A stretch of DNA of 64,000 nucleotides. Source: a virus (lineage: Duplodnaviria > Heunggongvirae > Uroviricota > Caudoviricetes). The translations under genes and the position numbers were made by a program. The notes under the pieces were generated by a model. The model did no database searches. It was not told where the DNA came from and worked only from the letters and a program-made list of their open reading frames with translations. Numbering within the stretch: position 1 is the first letter of the stretch; each line of letters opens with the position of its first letter. The DNA lies in the IMG/VR virus record IMGVR_UViG_3300005613_000042, positions 1-64,000 of that record, one strand, 5' to 3'. Below are positions 17,177 to 27,359 of the stretch, piece after piece.

Positions 17177-19057
17177 ATGGCTGATACAAAGCAGATAAAA
17201 TATATAAATAAAACTTATTCTGAATTTAAGCAGAATTTAGTAGAGTTTGCCAAAAATTATTTCCCAAACACATATAATGATTTTACAGATGCATCGCCGG
17301 GTACCATGTTCATCGAAATGGCAGCGTATGTTGGTGATGTACTCAGTTTTTATACAGATTACACCTTAAAGGAAAACATGATTCAATACGCAAATGAGCG
17401 TAAGAATCTTATAAATATAGCACAATCTTTTGGATACAAACCAAAACTATCCGTTGCTTCAAATGTAGATTTAGATGTATATCAACTAATACCATCAAAA
17501 ACCACTGGTAGTAGTGGTGGGGCGGATTCTCAACCTGACTTTGATTATGCCTATTTAATTGAATCCGGTATGGAAGTGCAAAGCCCAGATGGTATAATTT
17601 TCAGAACAGTTCGAGATGTTAATTTCAGAGAATCAAGTTCATTATCGCCTACAGATGTAACAGTATATCAAATTGGTAGTAATGGTGCTCCTGAATTTTA
17701 CTTGTTGAAAAAAAGTGTCCCAGCTGTTTCTGGTGAACTTAGAACTACTACAGTTACGGTAGGTGAGGCTCAAAAGTTTTACAAGATAAAGATAAACGAT
17801 GATAATATAATTGGTATTGACTCGGTAACTGATAGTGATGGTAATGTTTGGACAGAAGTACCGTTTTTGGCACAAGATACTGTTTTTGAGGAAAATGTAA
17901 ATAATTTTGATTTTGACCCACTATTGGAACCTGACAGTGTTCAAACTCCTTACATTCTTTCACTAAGAAAAACCGGTCGTCGTTTTATCACACGCATAAC
18001 ACCTGATAACCGTATTGAGTTGCAGTTTGGTTCGGGTATATCTACAAATAGTGATATATCTATTTTACCAAATCCAGAAAATGTTGGTAGTAATTTACCT
18101 GGTACTACATCTAAGTTGGATATTGCTTTTGACCCATCCAACTTTTTATTGAGTAGAACATATGGACAGGTGCCATCTACAACGACATTAACAATAAATT
18201 ACACAGTTGGGTATGGTATTGCTGGAAATATCCCATCTAATTCAATAAGTAGAATCAACAGTAGAACTATACAATATACTACTGAGGCCAGTTTAGATAA
18301 TGCAGTTGTCAATATTATCAACGATAGTTTAGCTGTAAATAACCCATCTCCAGCAACTGGTGGAAAATCATCTGAAACTCTTGATGAAATTCGCCAAAAC
18401 GCATTAGCTTATTTTTCTACACAAAATAGGGCAGTAACACGTGAAGATTATATCATTCGTGCTTATTCAATGCCACCAAGATATGGTGCAATCGATAAAG
18501 CTTATATAACACAGGACCAACAAATATTACCTAGTACTGGTAGGGCAACGCAAAACCCATTTGCTCTGAATATGTATGTATTGGGATACAACCAAAACAA
18601 ACAACTAACCAATGTTAGTAGAGCAACAAAGGAAAACTTGAGAAATTACCTATCTCAATATAGATTACTAACAGATGCTGTAAATATAAAAGATGGATAT
18701 ATAATAAACATCGGAGTAGATTTCAAAGTGATTGTTCTACCGGGTAGAAGTTCACGGGAAATTGTTCTTAGATGTATAAAGACAGTTCAAGACTTTTTTG
18801 CAATCGATAAAATGCAATTTCGCCAACCAATTATTGTGAGAGACTTGATACTTGCTTTGGCAAGTACGGATGGTGTACAATCTGTTATGGATATCAGAAT
18901 ACTTAATAAGTGGCGTGAAAGTGAAGGTTATTCTGGTAATAGATATGATATTGCTACTGCAAATCAAAATGGAGTTATCTACCCAAGTTTAGACCCTTCT
19001 GTTTTTGAAATCAAATTTCCACAACAAGATATCAGAGGTAAGGCTGTAACTTATTAA
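17177..19057 (+). CDS. baseplate wedge protein (gp6 / Baseplate_J-like)
   Basis: Large ORF (626 aa) immediately after the gp25-like gene, in the canonical order. Call is positional with weak motif support. Confidence 0.5.
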   Translation: MADTKQIKYINKTYSEFKQNLVEFAKNYFPNTYNDFTDASPGTMFIEMAAYVGDVLSFYTDYTLKENMIQYANERKNLINIAQSFGYKPKLSVASNVDLDVYQLIPSKTTGSSGGADSQPDFDYAYLIESGMEVQSPDGIIFRTVRDVNFRESSSLSPTDVTVYQIGSNGAPEFYLLKKSVPAVSGELRTTTVTVGEAQKFYKIKINDDNIIGIDSVTDSDGNVWTEVPFLAQDTVFEENVNNFDFDPLLEPDSVQTPYILSLRKTGRRFITRITPDNRIELQFGSGISTNSDISILPNPENVGSNLPGTTSKLDIAFDPSNFLLSRTYGQVPSTTTLTINYTVGYGIAGNIPSNSISRINSRTIQYTTEASLDNAVVNIINDSLAVNNPSPATGGKSSETLDEIRQNALAYFSTQNRAVTREDYIIRAYSMPPRYGAIDKAYITQDQQILPSTGRATQNPFALNMYVLGYNQNKQLTNVSRATKENLRNYLSQYRLLTDAVNIKDGYIINIGVDFKVIVLPGRSSREIVLRCIKTVQDFFAIDKMQFRQPIIVRDLILALASTDGVQSVMDIRILNKWRESEGYSGNRYDIATANQNGVIYPSLDPSVFEIKFPQQDIRGKAVTY

Positions 19058-19067
19058 TTATACTATT

Positions 19068-20144
19068 ATGATATATTCAATATTCCCAACAAAAGACGCC
19101 ACACTATTCAGTAAAGTATCATCATCTCCGTATAAATTAAGACAAGAAGTAAATACAGGAATAGATGAAATTCTTTTTATCGAAAAGGTAGTTAGCGAAT
19201 CTTTACAACCAGGTATTACAAATACAAGAATTGTAATGCAATTTGATGTTACCAATATATCATCATCTATTGCGGCAGGAAGTATAACAAATCCGACATT
19301 CTACTTAAACTTATACACAAGTGAAGCTGAAGCTATACCATATGAATATACACTTGAAGTAAAACCTATAAGTGAATCTTGGGACATGGGAATTGGTAGA
19401 ACAACTAATAATCCTAAAACAAAAGAAGGTGTTAGTTGGAAATATAGATTTGGTGAGACTGATGGCACCCAATGGTCTACATTAGGCGGTACAACTGGTT
19501 CAAATGGTAACATACATACACAGAGTTTTGTTTTTGAATCTACAGATGTGAGAATTGATGTATCTGCTTCTGTTGCAGATTGGATTTCTGGAACTGAAAA
19601 CAATTATGGTTTCTTAATAATGCGTAGTAGCTCACAGGAAACTGATGCTAATAGATATGGTTCTTTAAAATTCTTTTCAGTTGATACACATACGATTTAT
19701 GTTCCAAAATTAGAAGTTGCATGGGATGATTCTAGTTTTGAAACTGGTAGTTTGGCGGCTTTATCTGCCGATAATATTACTTTATACATGAAGGATTGTC
19801 CAGGGTCGTTTAAAGAAAATGCTCGTGCAAGATTTCGTATTGTTGGTAGAGAAACTTATCCAGTTAAAACCTATACAACTCGTTCTGCTCAATTAACTGT
19901 TAAATATTTACCAGAAACTACATATTATTCTGTAATGGATGCTCAAACTGAGGATGTAGTTATTCCATTTAGTGATACTTATACAAAGGTAAGTTGTGAT
20001 AGTGAAGGAAACTATTTCAATCTTTGGTTAGATGGTCTTCAATCAGAACGTTATTACAAATTTGTGTTTAAGGTTGAAAATCGTGTTTATAATGGACAGG
20101 TAGAATTGTTTGATAACAATTATATATTTAAAGTTATAAGGTGA
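19068..20144 (+). CDS. baseplate/tail structural protein (358 aa)
   Basis: Sits in the structural block. Confidence 0.45.
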   Translation: MIYSIFPTKDATLFSKVSSSPYKLRQEVNTGIDEILFIEKVVSESLQPGITNTRIVMQFDVTNISSSIAAGSITNPTFYLNLYTSEAEAIPYEYTLEVKPISESWDMGIGRTTNNPKTKEGVSWKYRFGETDGTQWSTLGGTTGSNGNIHTQSFVFESTDVRIDVSASVADWISGTENNYGFLIMRSSSQETDANRYGSLKFFSVDTHTIYVPKLEVAWDDSSFETGSLAALSADNITLYMKDCPGSFKENARARFRIVGRETYPVKTYTTRSAQLTVKYLPETTYYSVMDAQTEDVVIPFSDTYTKVSCDSEGNYFNLWLDGLQSERYYKFVFKVENRVYNGQVELFDNNYIFKVIR

Positions 20145-20145
20145 T

Positions 20146-21204
20146 ATGGCATATATAGTATCGACTCCAGAAAATAGTATAGTAGATTTCAGAGCTGGTA
20201 GAACAAGATATGATTATGATTCTTATTTTGATACATTAGATACTGAAATATCAGAATTATTAACAGTACCTGAAATTTCAAATTTGAAAATTGAAGCTGC
20301 TAAAGATTTTGGTGGAACTGGAACTGGTTGGGCTCAAATTTTAAACTCAAAGGGACTTTCTCACTTTTCTAGAGAATCTAGACCAGATGTCATTGCCGAA
20401 GAAATAAGTGCATATGTCCCCGAGGGGAATCCAACTGATTTTTCATATGGATATGCAGTGGGTGAGCATGCTTTGTTTTTTGTTAAAACAATATCACCAA
20501 CTAGAGAATTTGCAAAATATTATTGGGAGGTGAATGGGGAGAAAAAGTCTGATGGTCCAATTTTAACGTTGTACAATTTATCTGACACCGGAACTGATGT
20601 ACAAACGGTTACTTGTGTAGCTGTTGACCCACGTGGTAGAGAACGTAGACAAAGTTTAACTTATATTTGCAATGCAGATATTTTTGGTACTGAAATTAGT
20701 GCTGGTGAAAATTACCGTGAAAAGGGTCTTGGATATTTAGCACCCAATCTATCAGTTTTTTATGACACATCCCTATCTGAAGAGCAGAGGCAAAAACCAT
20801 TTCAACGAGTTGACTCTGAAGATGGTCGTTTACGAATAAATGGGTTGGTATTTACATCTTGGAAAGAAACTATTAAGAAACGTGAACGTGTTAGATTTAA
20901 AAACGCTGGTATAGATGAAAATAGATTTGGTGAACCCGATAGAATTTTAAATGATGATGATAGTTTATCTGGCACCTTTCTTGAAATATACAATAATGGT
21001 TGGAAAGCCGGCAAGGGTGGCGGTAAGGAAAACAATTCCAAAAGGATGGATGGATATAGCAACAATGAACATAAGGAAAGATATCCAACCCCATCTGCTT
21101 GGTTAGAAGCTGTGTTTTTAGGTGAAATAAGACCATATTGGAACGTACCAACTGATGCCCCAAGTGGGTATGACTATGGAATTGAAATTGATTGGAAAGA
21201 CTAA
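20146..21204 (+). CDS. baseplate/tail structural protein (352 aa)
   Basis: Sits in the structural block. Confidence 0.45.
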   Translation: MAYIVSTPENSIVDFRAGRTRYDYDSYFDTLDTEISELLTVPEISNLKIEAAKDFGGTGTGWAQILNSKGLSHFSRESRPDVIAEEISAYVPEGNPTDFSYGYAVGEHALFFVKTISPTREFAKYYWEVNGEKKSDGPILTLYNLSDTGTDVQTVTCVAVDPRGRERRQSLTYICNADIFGTEISAGENYREKGLGYLAPNLSVFYDTSLSEEQRQKPFQRVDSEDGRLRINGLVFTSWKETIKKRERVRFKNAGIDENRFGEPDRILNDDDSLSGTFLEIYNNGWKAGKGGGKENNSKRMDGYSNNEHKERYPTPSAWLEAVFLGEIRPYWNVPTDAPSGYDYGIEIDWKD

Positions 21205-24200
21205 TGGCGGATGTAGTATACATAACAACTGATGTTGGATTGGATTCTGTATCAATAGCTCCACGTGATGAGTTTGTTGTTACTGGTACTAGAAGTAGAA
21301 TAACCCCAGAAGGTGATAGAGAATCATTTGCTACATTTGAAACTACTACAATTTTAGATGGAGATATTCTTAGAGTTGATGTTTTTAATTCTGGAACCCT
21401 TGTCGATACATTTGAAGGTGATGCTATTTCGCTTGCAGAACCTTCTGATATAGGATATAGTATTAATCTTTATGATATACTTGTCAATGGATTAGATATA
21501 TTCACTGGTAGATTTCAGGTAACTGTATATATTGTAAGAAAAATTCAAGAGTTATCGGTACTACAAATATCAACCAATAAGAAAGAAATCAAGTTAAACA
21601 GTCCACTGGTTGATATTCGAGAATTGGGAGATGAACCAATTCCTGTTTATTTGTATCACAATAATACTGGTGGGCTACACCCAATCATAAATTGGGTTCG
21701 TGATGAATATGGTGATGGGAACTTAATAGTAAAACATACTCCACATGATGGTATAAACACTTTTCCCAGAACAATTCGTGTTAATGATGATGTTGAAATT
21801 TGGGACCAAGTTATTAACCCATTAGAATTTGAAGTTTTTATTCGATTACCATTTGAAAGACCCGAAGAAGGCTTTAATAGATTACGTGGTCCTGATTTTT
21901 ACATTGATATAAATCGACAAGTTGGTAAGGGTACTGGTGTACTTACTGAAGCGAAAATATTAAACGCAGTACCTGATGTTAAAAACAGAATAGTAAATCG
22001 ATTGTTTAGTGGTTCGATTGGAAACGCAGCCGAACTAAATATCGATTATAGAAATTTCGAAAACTTTATACACTTCAGCTCAGCTGAACAGAGAATTCGA
22101 AATTTCTATTACAAGATGCGATTGATTGAAACTTACACATCACAATCATTGGCACTTGAGTCTGATTTAAGTGGGTTGGCTGCTTCTGGTGCGACTGGCT
22201 CTTTTCAATATGTAAGAAACAGACAAACAATATCGGCACGTAAAGAAGCTGTAATTTCAAATTTTGATGAATACGAAAAGTATTTGTATTATGAATCAGG
22301 TTCTGAATATACAGATACATACGGCACATTTAAAAATGTAACTTGGCCAAAAACAAATTCTACTAAACCATATACCAATGCTAGTATAAACTCAAGTGCG
22401 GTACAAACTTGGTATACATCGAGGTTGGATGATGCCGAGATTTACGATAATACAAATAAAAATATATTAAGAGATTTAATACCACTTCATGTAAGATTCA
22501 ATCCGCAGAATAATGGGTTTGTTCTTTTTGTGGATATGATTGCTCAACACTTTGATGTTCTATATAATTATGTAGACCACTTGGGTAAATTGCATGAACA
22601 TGATGAAGATGTAAATACAGGGTTATCCAAAGATTTACTTTGGAATGTATTAAAATCCATGGGATGGGAGGCTGTTTCCGGTTGGGATAAAGAAGACCTT
22701 TGGAAATATTTCTTGGGAACTGATGCGAGTGGTAGTTACCAGACAACATCCTCCGCTGAATATCCAGACGGAGCCCAACTAGTATTTGCAACAACTGAAT
22801 CCGTATCATATCGTGATATGGAGATGGAACCGTACTCAAGAATATTCAACAACTTACCTTACATTTATAAAACAAAGGGTAGTGCTAGAAGTATTAAAGC
22901 ACTATTATCTGCATATGGTATCCCATCTAGTATACTGAGAATTCAAGAATTTGGTGGACCTGACCCAATTAATTCTATATCGGGTTCACAAATGCAAGCA
23001 CTTGAAATTGCAAACCATGAGTTGATAACTAGTGCATCTTACGTTAGAGCTCCATGGGGTAACCTAGATAAAGATGGTGAGGGTGGTGTTTATACTGGTG
23101 ATGATATATACACACCACGTACAATAGAATTTCGTTTTAGAACAAATCAAAAGGTAAATCAGGGGTTATTCAGTAAAACAGATGCATTAGCCATATGGAT
23201 GGAACATTCATCATCTGTCAGTACATCTAATTATGGTAGATTACATCTTTCATTAAGTGGTAGTGCTGGTTGGGTATCCGCATCAACTCAATATTTACCT
23301 ATTTATGACAATGACTATTACAATGTAGCTCTTAGGGTTGAAAACCGTGTAAAGGAAAACGGTACCGAGATAGATGCGCCACCAGTAGTTTTTGAACTTG
23401 ATGTGAGAAAGTCTCCGAATCACGCGGATGGTCGTATTACACATACTGCCCATATCACATACAGTATGGATGATTTGGGAGATGATACTGCAACTAGTTC
23501 ATATTTAGATAATTGGGGCGCCGGTGGTCAAAATCGATTAAATCTTGGATTTTTACAGGATGTAAACGCATTTTCAATAACGCCATATACCCGGTCATTC
23601 AATGGAGCATTTCAGGAATTTAGATTATGGCGTAGTTATCTACCCGACTGGGTGTTAGATGGACATGCCCAAGCACCTATTAGTTACTATGCAAGTAATT
23701 ATAGTGAGTCATTTGATAATTTGGTTTTAAGACTTCCACTTGGAACTGATAATAATATTTTTAATATATCTGGTAGTAATATAATAGTTAGTTCAAGTCA
23801 CCCAAGTCAAATCACTCAATTTGCAAGTCCATATACCGCAAGCGGTCAGGCTAACAATTATCAAGCAAATAAATTCAACACAGTAGATGATACCTATTAC
23901 ATTCACGTTCCAAATTCAATAGGACTTAGACCACTTGGCAATAAGATACGTATTGAAGATAATAGTGTAGATTATACCTTGGACCCATTTAAGAGTTATG
24001 AACGTAGTTCGTTTGATAAATACCCACTTGATTCAAACATGGTATCAGTTGCGTTTTCTCCGCAAGATAACATAGACCTTGATATTGCATTACAATTCGG
24101 TGGGTTAATCTTGGATGATATTGTAGGAGACCCACGTGATAGATATTCTGATGAGTATGGATTACTTAGAAATATAAGAGATACCTATTTCAAAAAGTTC

Positions 24201-25475
24201 GATAAAGAAAACAACTTCTTTGTTTTCTTTAGATTGTTGAGTTTGTTTAACTCGGCTATCTTCAAACAGATAGAACAACTTTTACCGGCACGTGCGCATA
24301 AGGTAGTGGGTGTTATGGTAAAACCATCTGTTTTGGAACGGCCAAAGATTGTAACTGAACCTAGTGTTTCATTAGAAAATAATTTTTATACTACAAGTAT
24401 AGATATTTACGATGAAACTGGTTTAGCTACATCCGATGATTATGATTCTATGGTTTATACCGATAGGTTTGGATACTCAAGTACATATTCAACACTTACC
24501 GACGAAATATACACATGGGATACATATGGATATGATACTAGATTGGGAAGTAGATATGAATTTGATGGAACTATAACTTCATATGGAACTAGCTCGATTA
24601 TTTTTGAATTTGATAGTACGGCATATCCAACTGGTTCTATGTTTTTTGTTGGAAGTAATGTTGAATTTGTATTTACTGCATCAAACGCATTAGGTACAAA
24701 CACATCTACTCGTATTTATATTCCTAGTAATTTAATTGATGATGCTGCAAAAAAAGCAATTGCACTACGGGATACAATAAACGCGAGTTCTAGTTTGATA
24801 AGTATACCATTATCCGCATCCAGACCCGGCGGCGGATTCATTCAAATTTTCTACACAGAAACCACACCAAGAGCAAATAATGTAATTGTATATACAGGTA
24901 GCACACCAAATGGTCAACTGAGTAATTTATCAATAGTTAGTGGATTTAATAATGGTACTGGTAGTTTTGGTGGAGCAGGTACCATTCAAAGTATAACCAC
25001 TAATTTGGCAATAACTGGAGCTTATACAGAATACTCAAGGTTATCTGATTATTTGTATGAGACTAGAACATTTTACAGTAGTGCAGCAGGTGGACCCCCA
25101 ACTCCACATTCAACTTCTTTAGAATTATCCAGATTACATCCTTATGGGCCAAATTCATATTATGTTGGTACCAAAATGACAAGTCCCGATTTCAACATTG
25201 ATAGTGAAGATACAATAGATGGCGGTCCAGTGGCAGAGTATTCATTACCCAGCGCTGGTACTGGTACAAGTATACCCGCTCCACCACCGGGTACAATTTC
25301 ACCGGGTGGAATTGATACACCATCTTTACCATCAGTAGGTACTGGAACTTCAGCACCACCACCATCGCCACTACCACCGCCATCATTGGGTGGGACAAGT
25401 GCCACTGGTCCCGGTAGTCCAATAGGACCTATTGGCGGAACTGTGGGTGGTAGTGGTACGACATCGGAATTATAA
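21192..25475 (+). CDS. very large structural protein (1427 aa) with Pro/Gly/Ser/Thr-rich C-terminus; candidate baseplate wedge or fibre-network protein
   Basis: Low-complexity C-terminus PAPPPGTISPGG...PPSPLPPPSLGG. Sits in the baseplate block. Confidence 0.5.
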   Translation: MERLMADVVYITTDVGLDSVSIAPRDEFVVTGTRSRITPEGDRESFATFETTTILDGDILRVDVFNSGTLVDTFEGDAISLAEPSDIGYSINLYDILVNGLDIFTGRFQVTVYIVRKIQELSVLQISTNKKEIKLNSPLVDIRELGDEPIPVYLYHNNTGGLHPIINWVRDEYGDGNLIVKHTPHDGINTFPRTIRVNDDVEIWDQVINPLEFEVFIRLPFERPEEGFNRLRGPDFYIDINRQVGKGTGVLTEAKILNAVPDVKNRIVNRLFSGSIGNAAELNIDYRNFENFIHFSSAEQRIRNFYYKMRLIETYTSQSLALESDLSGLAASGATGSFQYVRNRQTISARKEAVISNFDEYEKYLYYESGSEYTDTYGTFKNVTWPKTNSTKPYTNASINSSAVQTWYTSRLDDAEIYDNTNKNILRDLIPLHVRFNPQNNGFVLFVDMIAQHFDVLYNYVDHLGKLHEHDEDVNTGLSKDLLWNVLKSMGWEAVSGWDKEDLWKYFLGTDASGSYQTTSSAEYPDGAQLVFATTESVSYRDMEMEPYSRIFNNLPYIYKTKGSARSIKALLSAYGIPSSILRIQEFGGPDPINSISGSQMQALEIANHELITSASYVRAPWGNLDKDGEGGVYTGDDIYTPRTIEFRFRTNQKVNQGLFSKTDALAIWMEHSSSVSTSNYGRLHLSLSGSAGWVSASTQYLPIYDNDYYNVALRVENRVKENGTEIDAPPVVFELDVRKSPNHADGRITHTAHITYSMDDLGDDTATSSYLDNWGAGGQNRLNLGFLQDVNAFSITPYTRSFNGAFQEFRLWRSYLPDWVLDGHAQAPISYYASNYSESFDNLVLRLPLGTDNNIFNISGSNIIVSSSHPSQITQFASPYTASGQANNYQANKFNTVDDTYYIHVPNSIGLRPLGNKIRIEDNSVDYTLDPFKSYERSSFDKYPLDSNMVSVAFSPQDNIDLDIALQFGGLILDDIVGDPRDRYSDEYGLLRNIRDTYFKKFDKENNFFVFFRLLSLFNSAIFKQIEQLLPARAHKVVGVMVKPSVLERPKIVTEPSVSLENNFYTTSIDIYDETGLATSDDYDSMVYTDRFGYSSTYSTLTDEIYTWDTYGYDTRLGSRYEFDGTITSYGTSSIIFEFDSTAYPTGSMFFVGSNVEFVFTASNALGTNTSTRIYIPSNLIDDAAKKAIALRDTINASSSLISIPLSASRPGGGFIQIFYTETTPRANNVIVYTGSTPNGQLSNLSIVSGFNNGTGSFGGAGTIQSITTNLAITGAYTEYSRLSDYLYETRTFYSSAAGGPPTPHSTSLELSRLHPYGPNSYYVGTKMTSPDFNIDSEDTIDGGPVAEYSLPSAGTGTSIPAPPPGTISPGGIDTPSLPSVGTGTSAPPPSPLPPPSLGGTSATGPGSPIGPIGGTVGGSGTTSEL

Positions 25476-25520
25476 AAAAATTATCCGTATATTTATTAAT
25501 AACAAACTTAAAGAAAAACT

Positions 25521-26246
25521 ATGGGATTTTTAGATAACACTTCGCTTACCGTAGATGCTATTTTAACAAAACGCGGTAGACAACTTTTAGCACAAGGTGC
25601 TTTAAATATCACAAAATTTGCGGTATCTGATGATGAAGTTGATTACAGACTTTGGGACCAAAATCACGCAGGTGGTACTAATTTTTATGGGGAGGCTATT
25701 GAAAAACTTCCTGTTTTGGAAGCATTTGCCGATGAATCGCAAATGATGCGTCATAAGTTGATTACACTTCCACGTGGTAGTCTGAGACTTCCCGTAATTG
25801 GTATTGGTGTGAGTTCTATCAATCTTTCAACTAGCGAAACAATTACACTCAATCCACGTGTATTGAATGATTCAAGTATTGTTCAAAGTTACACATTGGT
25901 ATTAGATAACTCTAAAGTTGCAACAGTAACTCCACTTGGATTTACAGCAGAAGAAGGTGATTTACGTGGCGCTCTTAGAGGGGTAGCAGGTGGTACAAGT
26001 CCAACAATATCAACTGGTGGTACTATTGGTGACCCAAGTGATGAGAGAATTTCTATTACTAAATTTGGAGCATCTTTCCGAATCACTGGTAAATCTTTAA
26101 TTAGAACCACTACATCAACTATCACAATATTTGGAAATGATACTGGTGGTTCTGTAACTATTCCAATAACTGTATCTGCTGATTCTGGAATTGAAGGTGT
26201 GACTGTGGGTGTGGCTGCACCAGGTAGTGGAACAAGTACTTTATAA
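25521..26246 (+). CDS. structural protein (241 aa), Gly/Thr-rich
   Basis: ORF on the + strand in the structural block. Confidence 0.45.
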   Translation: MGFLDNTSLTVDAILTKRGRQLLAQGALNITKFAVSDDEVDYRLWDQNHAGGTNFYGEAIEKLPVLEAFADESQMMRHKLITLPRGSLRLPVIGIGVSSINLSTSETITLNPRVLNDSSIVQSYTLVLDNSKVATVTPLGFTAEEGDLRGALRGVAGGTSPTISTGGTIGDPSDERISITKFGASFRITGKSLIRTTTSTITIFGNDTGGSVTIPITVSADSGIEGVTVGVAAPGSGTSTL

Positions 26247-26260
26247 AATAACAAAATAAT

Positions 26261-27331
26261 ATGTCTTTTAAAACTTTTAATCCCGGAGATATTGTGGAAG
26301 GATTTGTGTCACGTGATTTGACAGCTAATCTTTGGTCAGGTGCAGTTAGTGATTTAACTGTGGCTTATACTAGTTCAACTCAAACTGGTAGTGATTCTGG
26401 AAACTACCATTGGTTTATTTACAATGGTGATCCAAGCGCAGACAGTACGGCTACTGTTCAATATAGTATAGCGTGGGGACACAGAACCGGTGGTGGTACT
26501 GAAAAAATAAACTCGGATGCCTCCAATGGTATTACCCCATCAAAAGCAGTTTATAGTCAGTTTGCAAATTTAATGCTAAATCCAACTGATGGTATTTTTA
26601 CTGTTGATGAAACTGACCAAGATTCAATGGCATTTATCTCTGTAAACCGTTCCAGATATAAACAACAAATGAACCCAGGTGGTTGGCAACTAACCCTATC
26701 CGCTTCCGTTGATGGGTTACCCCTTATTAGTTTAATCGATGACTCAACTACAACATCTCCAACTTCTGTTAATGGTTCAACTGTTTATAACGTTGTATCT
26801 GGTAGTATTACCGATGGAGTTTTGTCACCGAAAACAACATATGGTGTTTTCTATCCAGAAATCGGCGTGATTGCTTTGGCAAGTACAAAACTTTCCGAAT
26901 CTGGTGTTGCTAGTGATTTTTTAACTACAGCAAATACGGATGGTCAAAACATTGAAAAAATATGGACAGCCGTAACTGGTGGTGCTAGTTTTATTGGACG
27001 TTCTCAAGAAGATGTTAGTTCTACAAATTACTTTGTTCGATTGTTCAATTCTGAAATGAATTATAGTAACAACCCAAGTTTCATAACTGGTTCTGGTGGG
27101 TATTTAAGATATTCATACATGGCAGATGACCCGGAAGTTTATTTAACTACTGTTGGATTGTATAATGATGCTAATGAGTTGTTGGCTGTTGCAAAACTAA
27201 GTAAACCATTACCAAAGAACTTTGAACGGGAGGCTACAATTAGGGTGAAACTGGACTATGTTATTACTCTATTTGCATTGGCAGGTGCGACAGCAACCCA
27301 TTGGTTGAGTGGTCTTACAGGTATTATATAG
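26261..27331 (+). CDS. structural protein sharing a C-terminal domain with the next gene
   Basis: C-terminus YLTTVGLYNDANELLAVAKLSKPLPKNFEREATIRVKLDYV. Confidence 0.5.
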   Translation: MSFKTFNPGDIVEGFVSRDLTANLWSGAVSDLTVAYTSSTQTGSDSGNYHWFIYNGDPSADSTATVQYSIAWGHRTGGGTEKINSDASNGITPSKAVYSQFANLMLNPTDGIFTVDETDQDSMAFISVNRSRYKQQMNPGGWQLTLSASVDGLPLISLIDDSTTTSPTSVNGSTVYNVVSGSITDGVLSPKTTYGVFYPEIGVIALASTKLSESGVASDFLTTANTDGQNIEKIWTAVTGGASFIGRSQEDVSSTNYFVRLFNSEMNYSNNPSFITGSGGYLRYSYMADDPEVYLTTVGLYNDANELLAVAKLSKPLPKNFEREATIRVKLDYVITLFALAGATATHWLSGLTGII

Positions 27332-27359
27332 GATAATGTAATTAAAAATGGACTAGCGA

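Noticed and set aside
25160-25422. Two minus-strand ORFs at the 3' end of the 1427-aa structural gene
   Set aside because: They are antisense to the Pro/Gly-rich coding region and are low-complexity artefacts.
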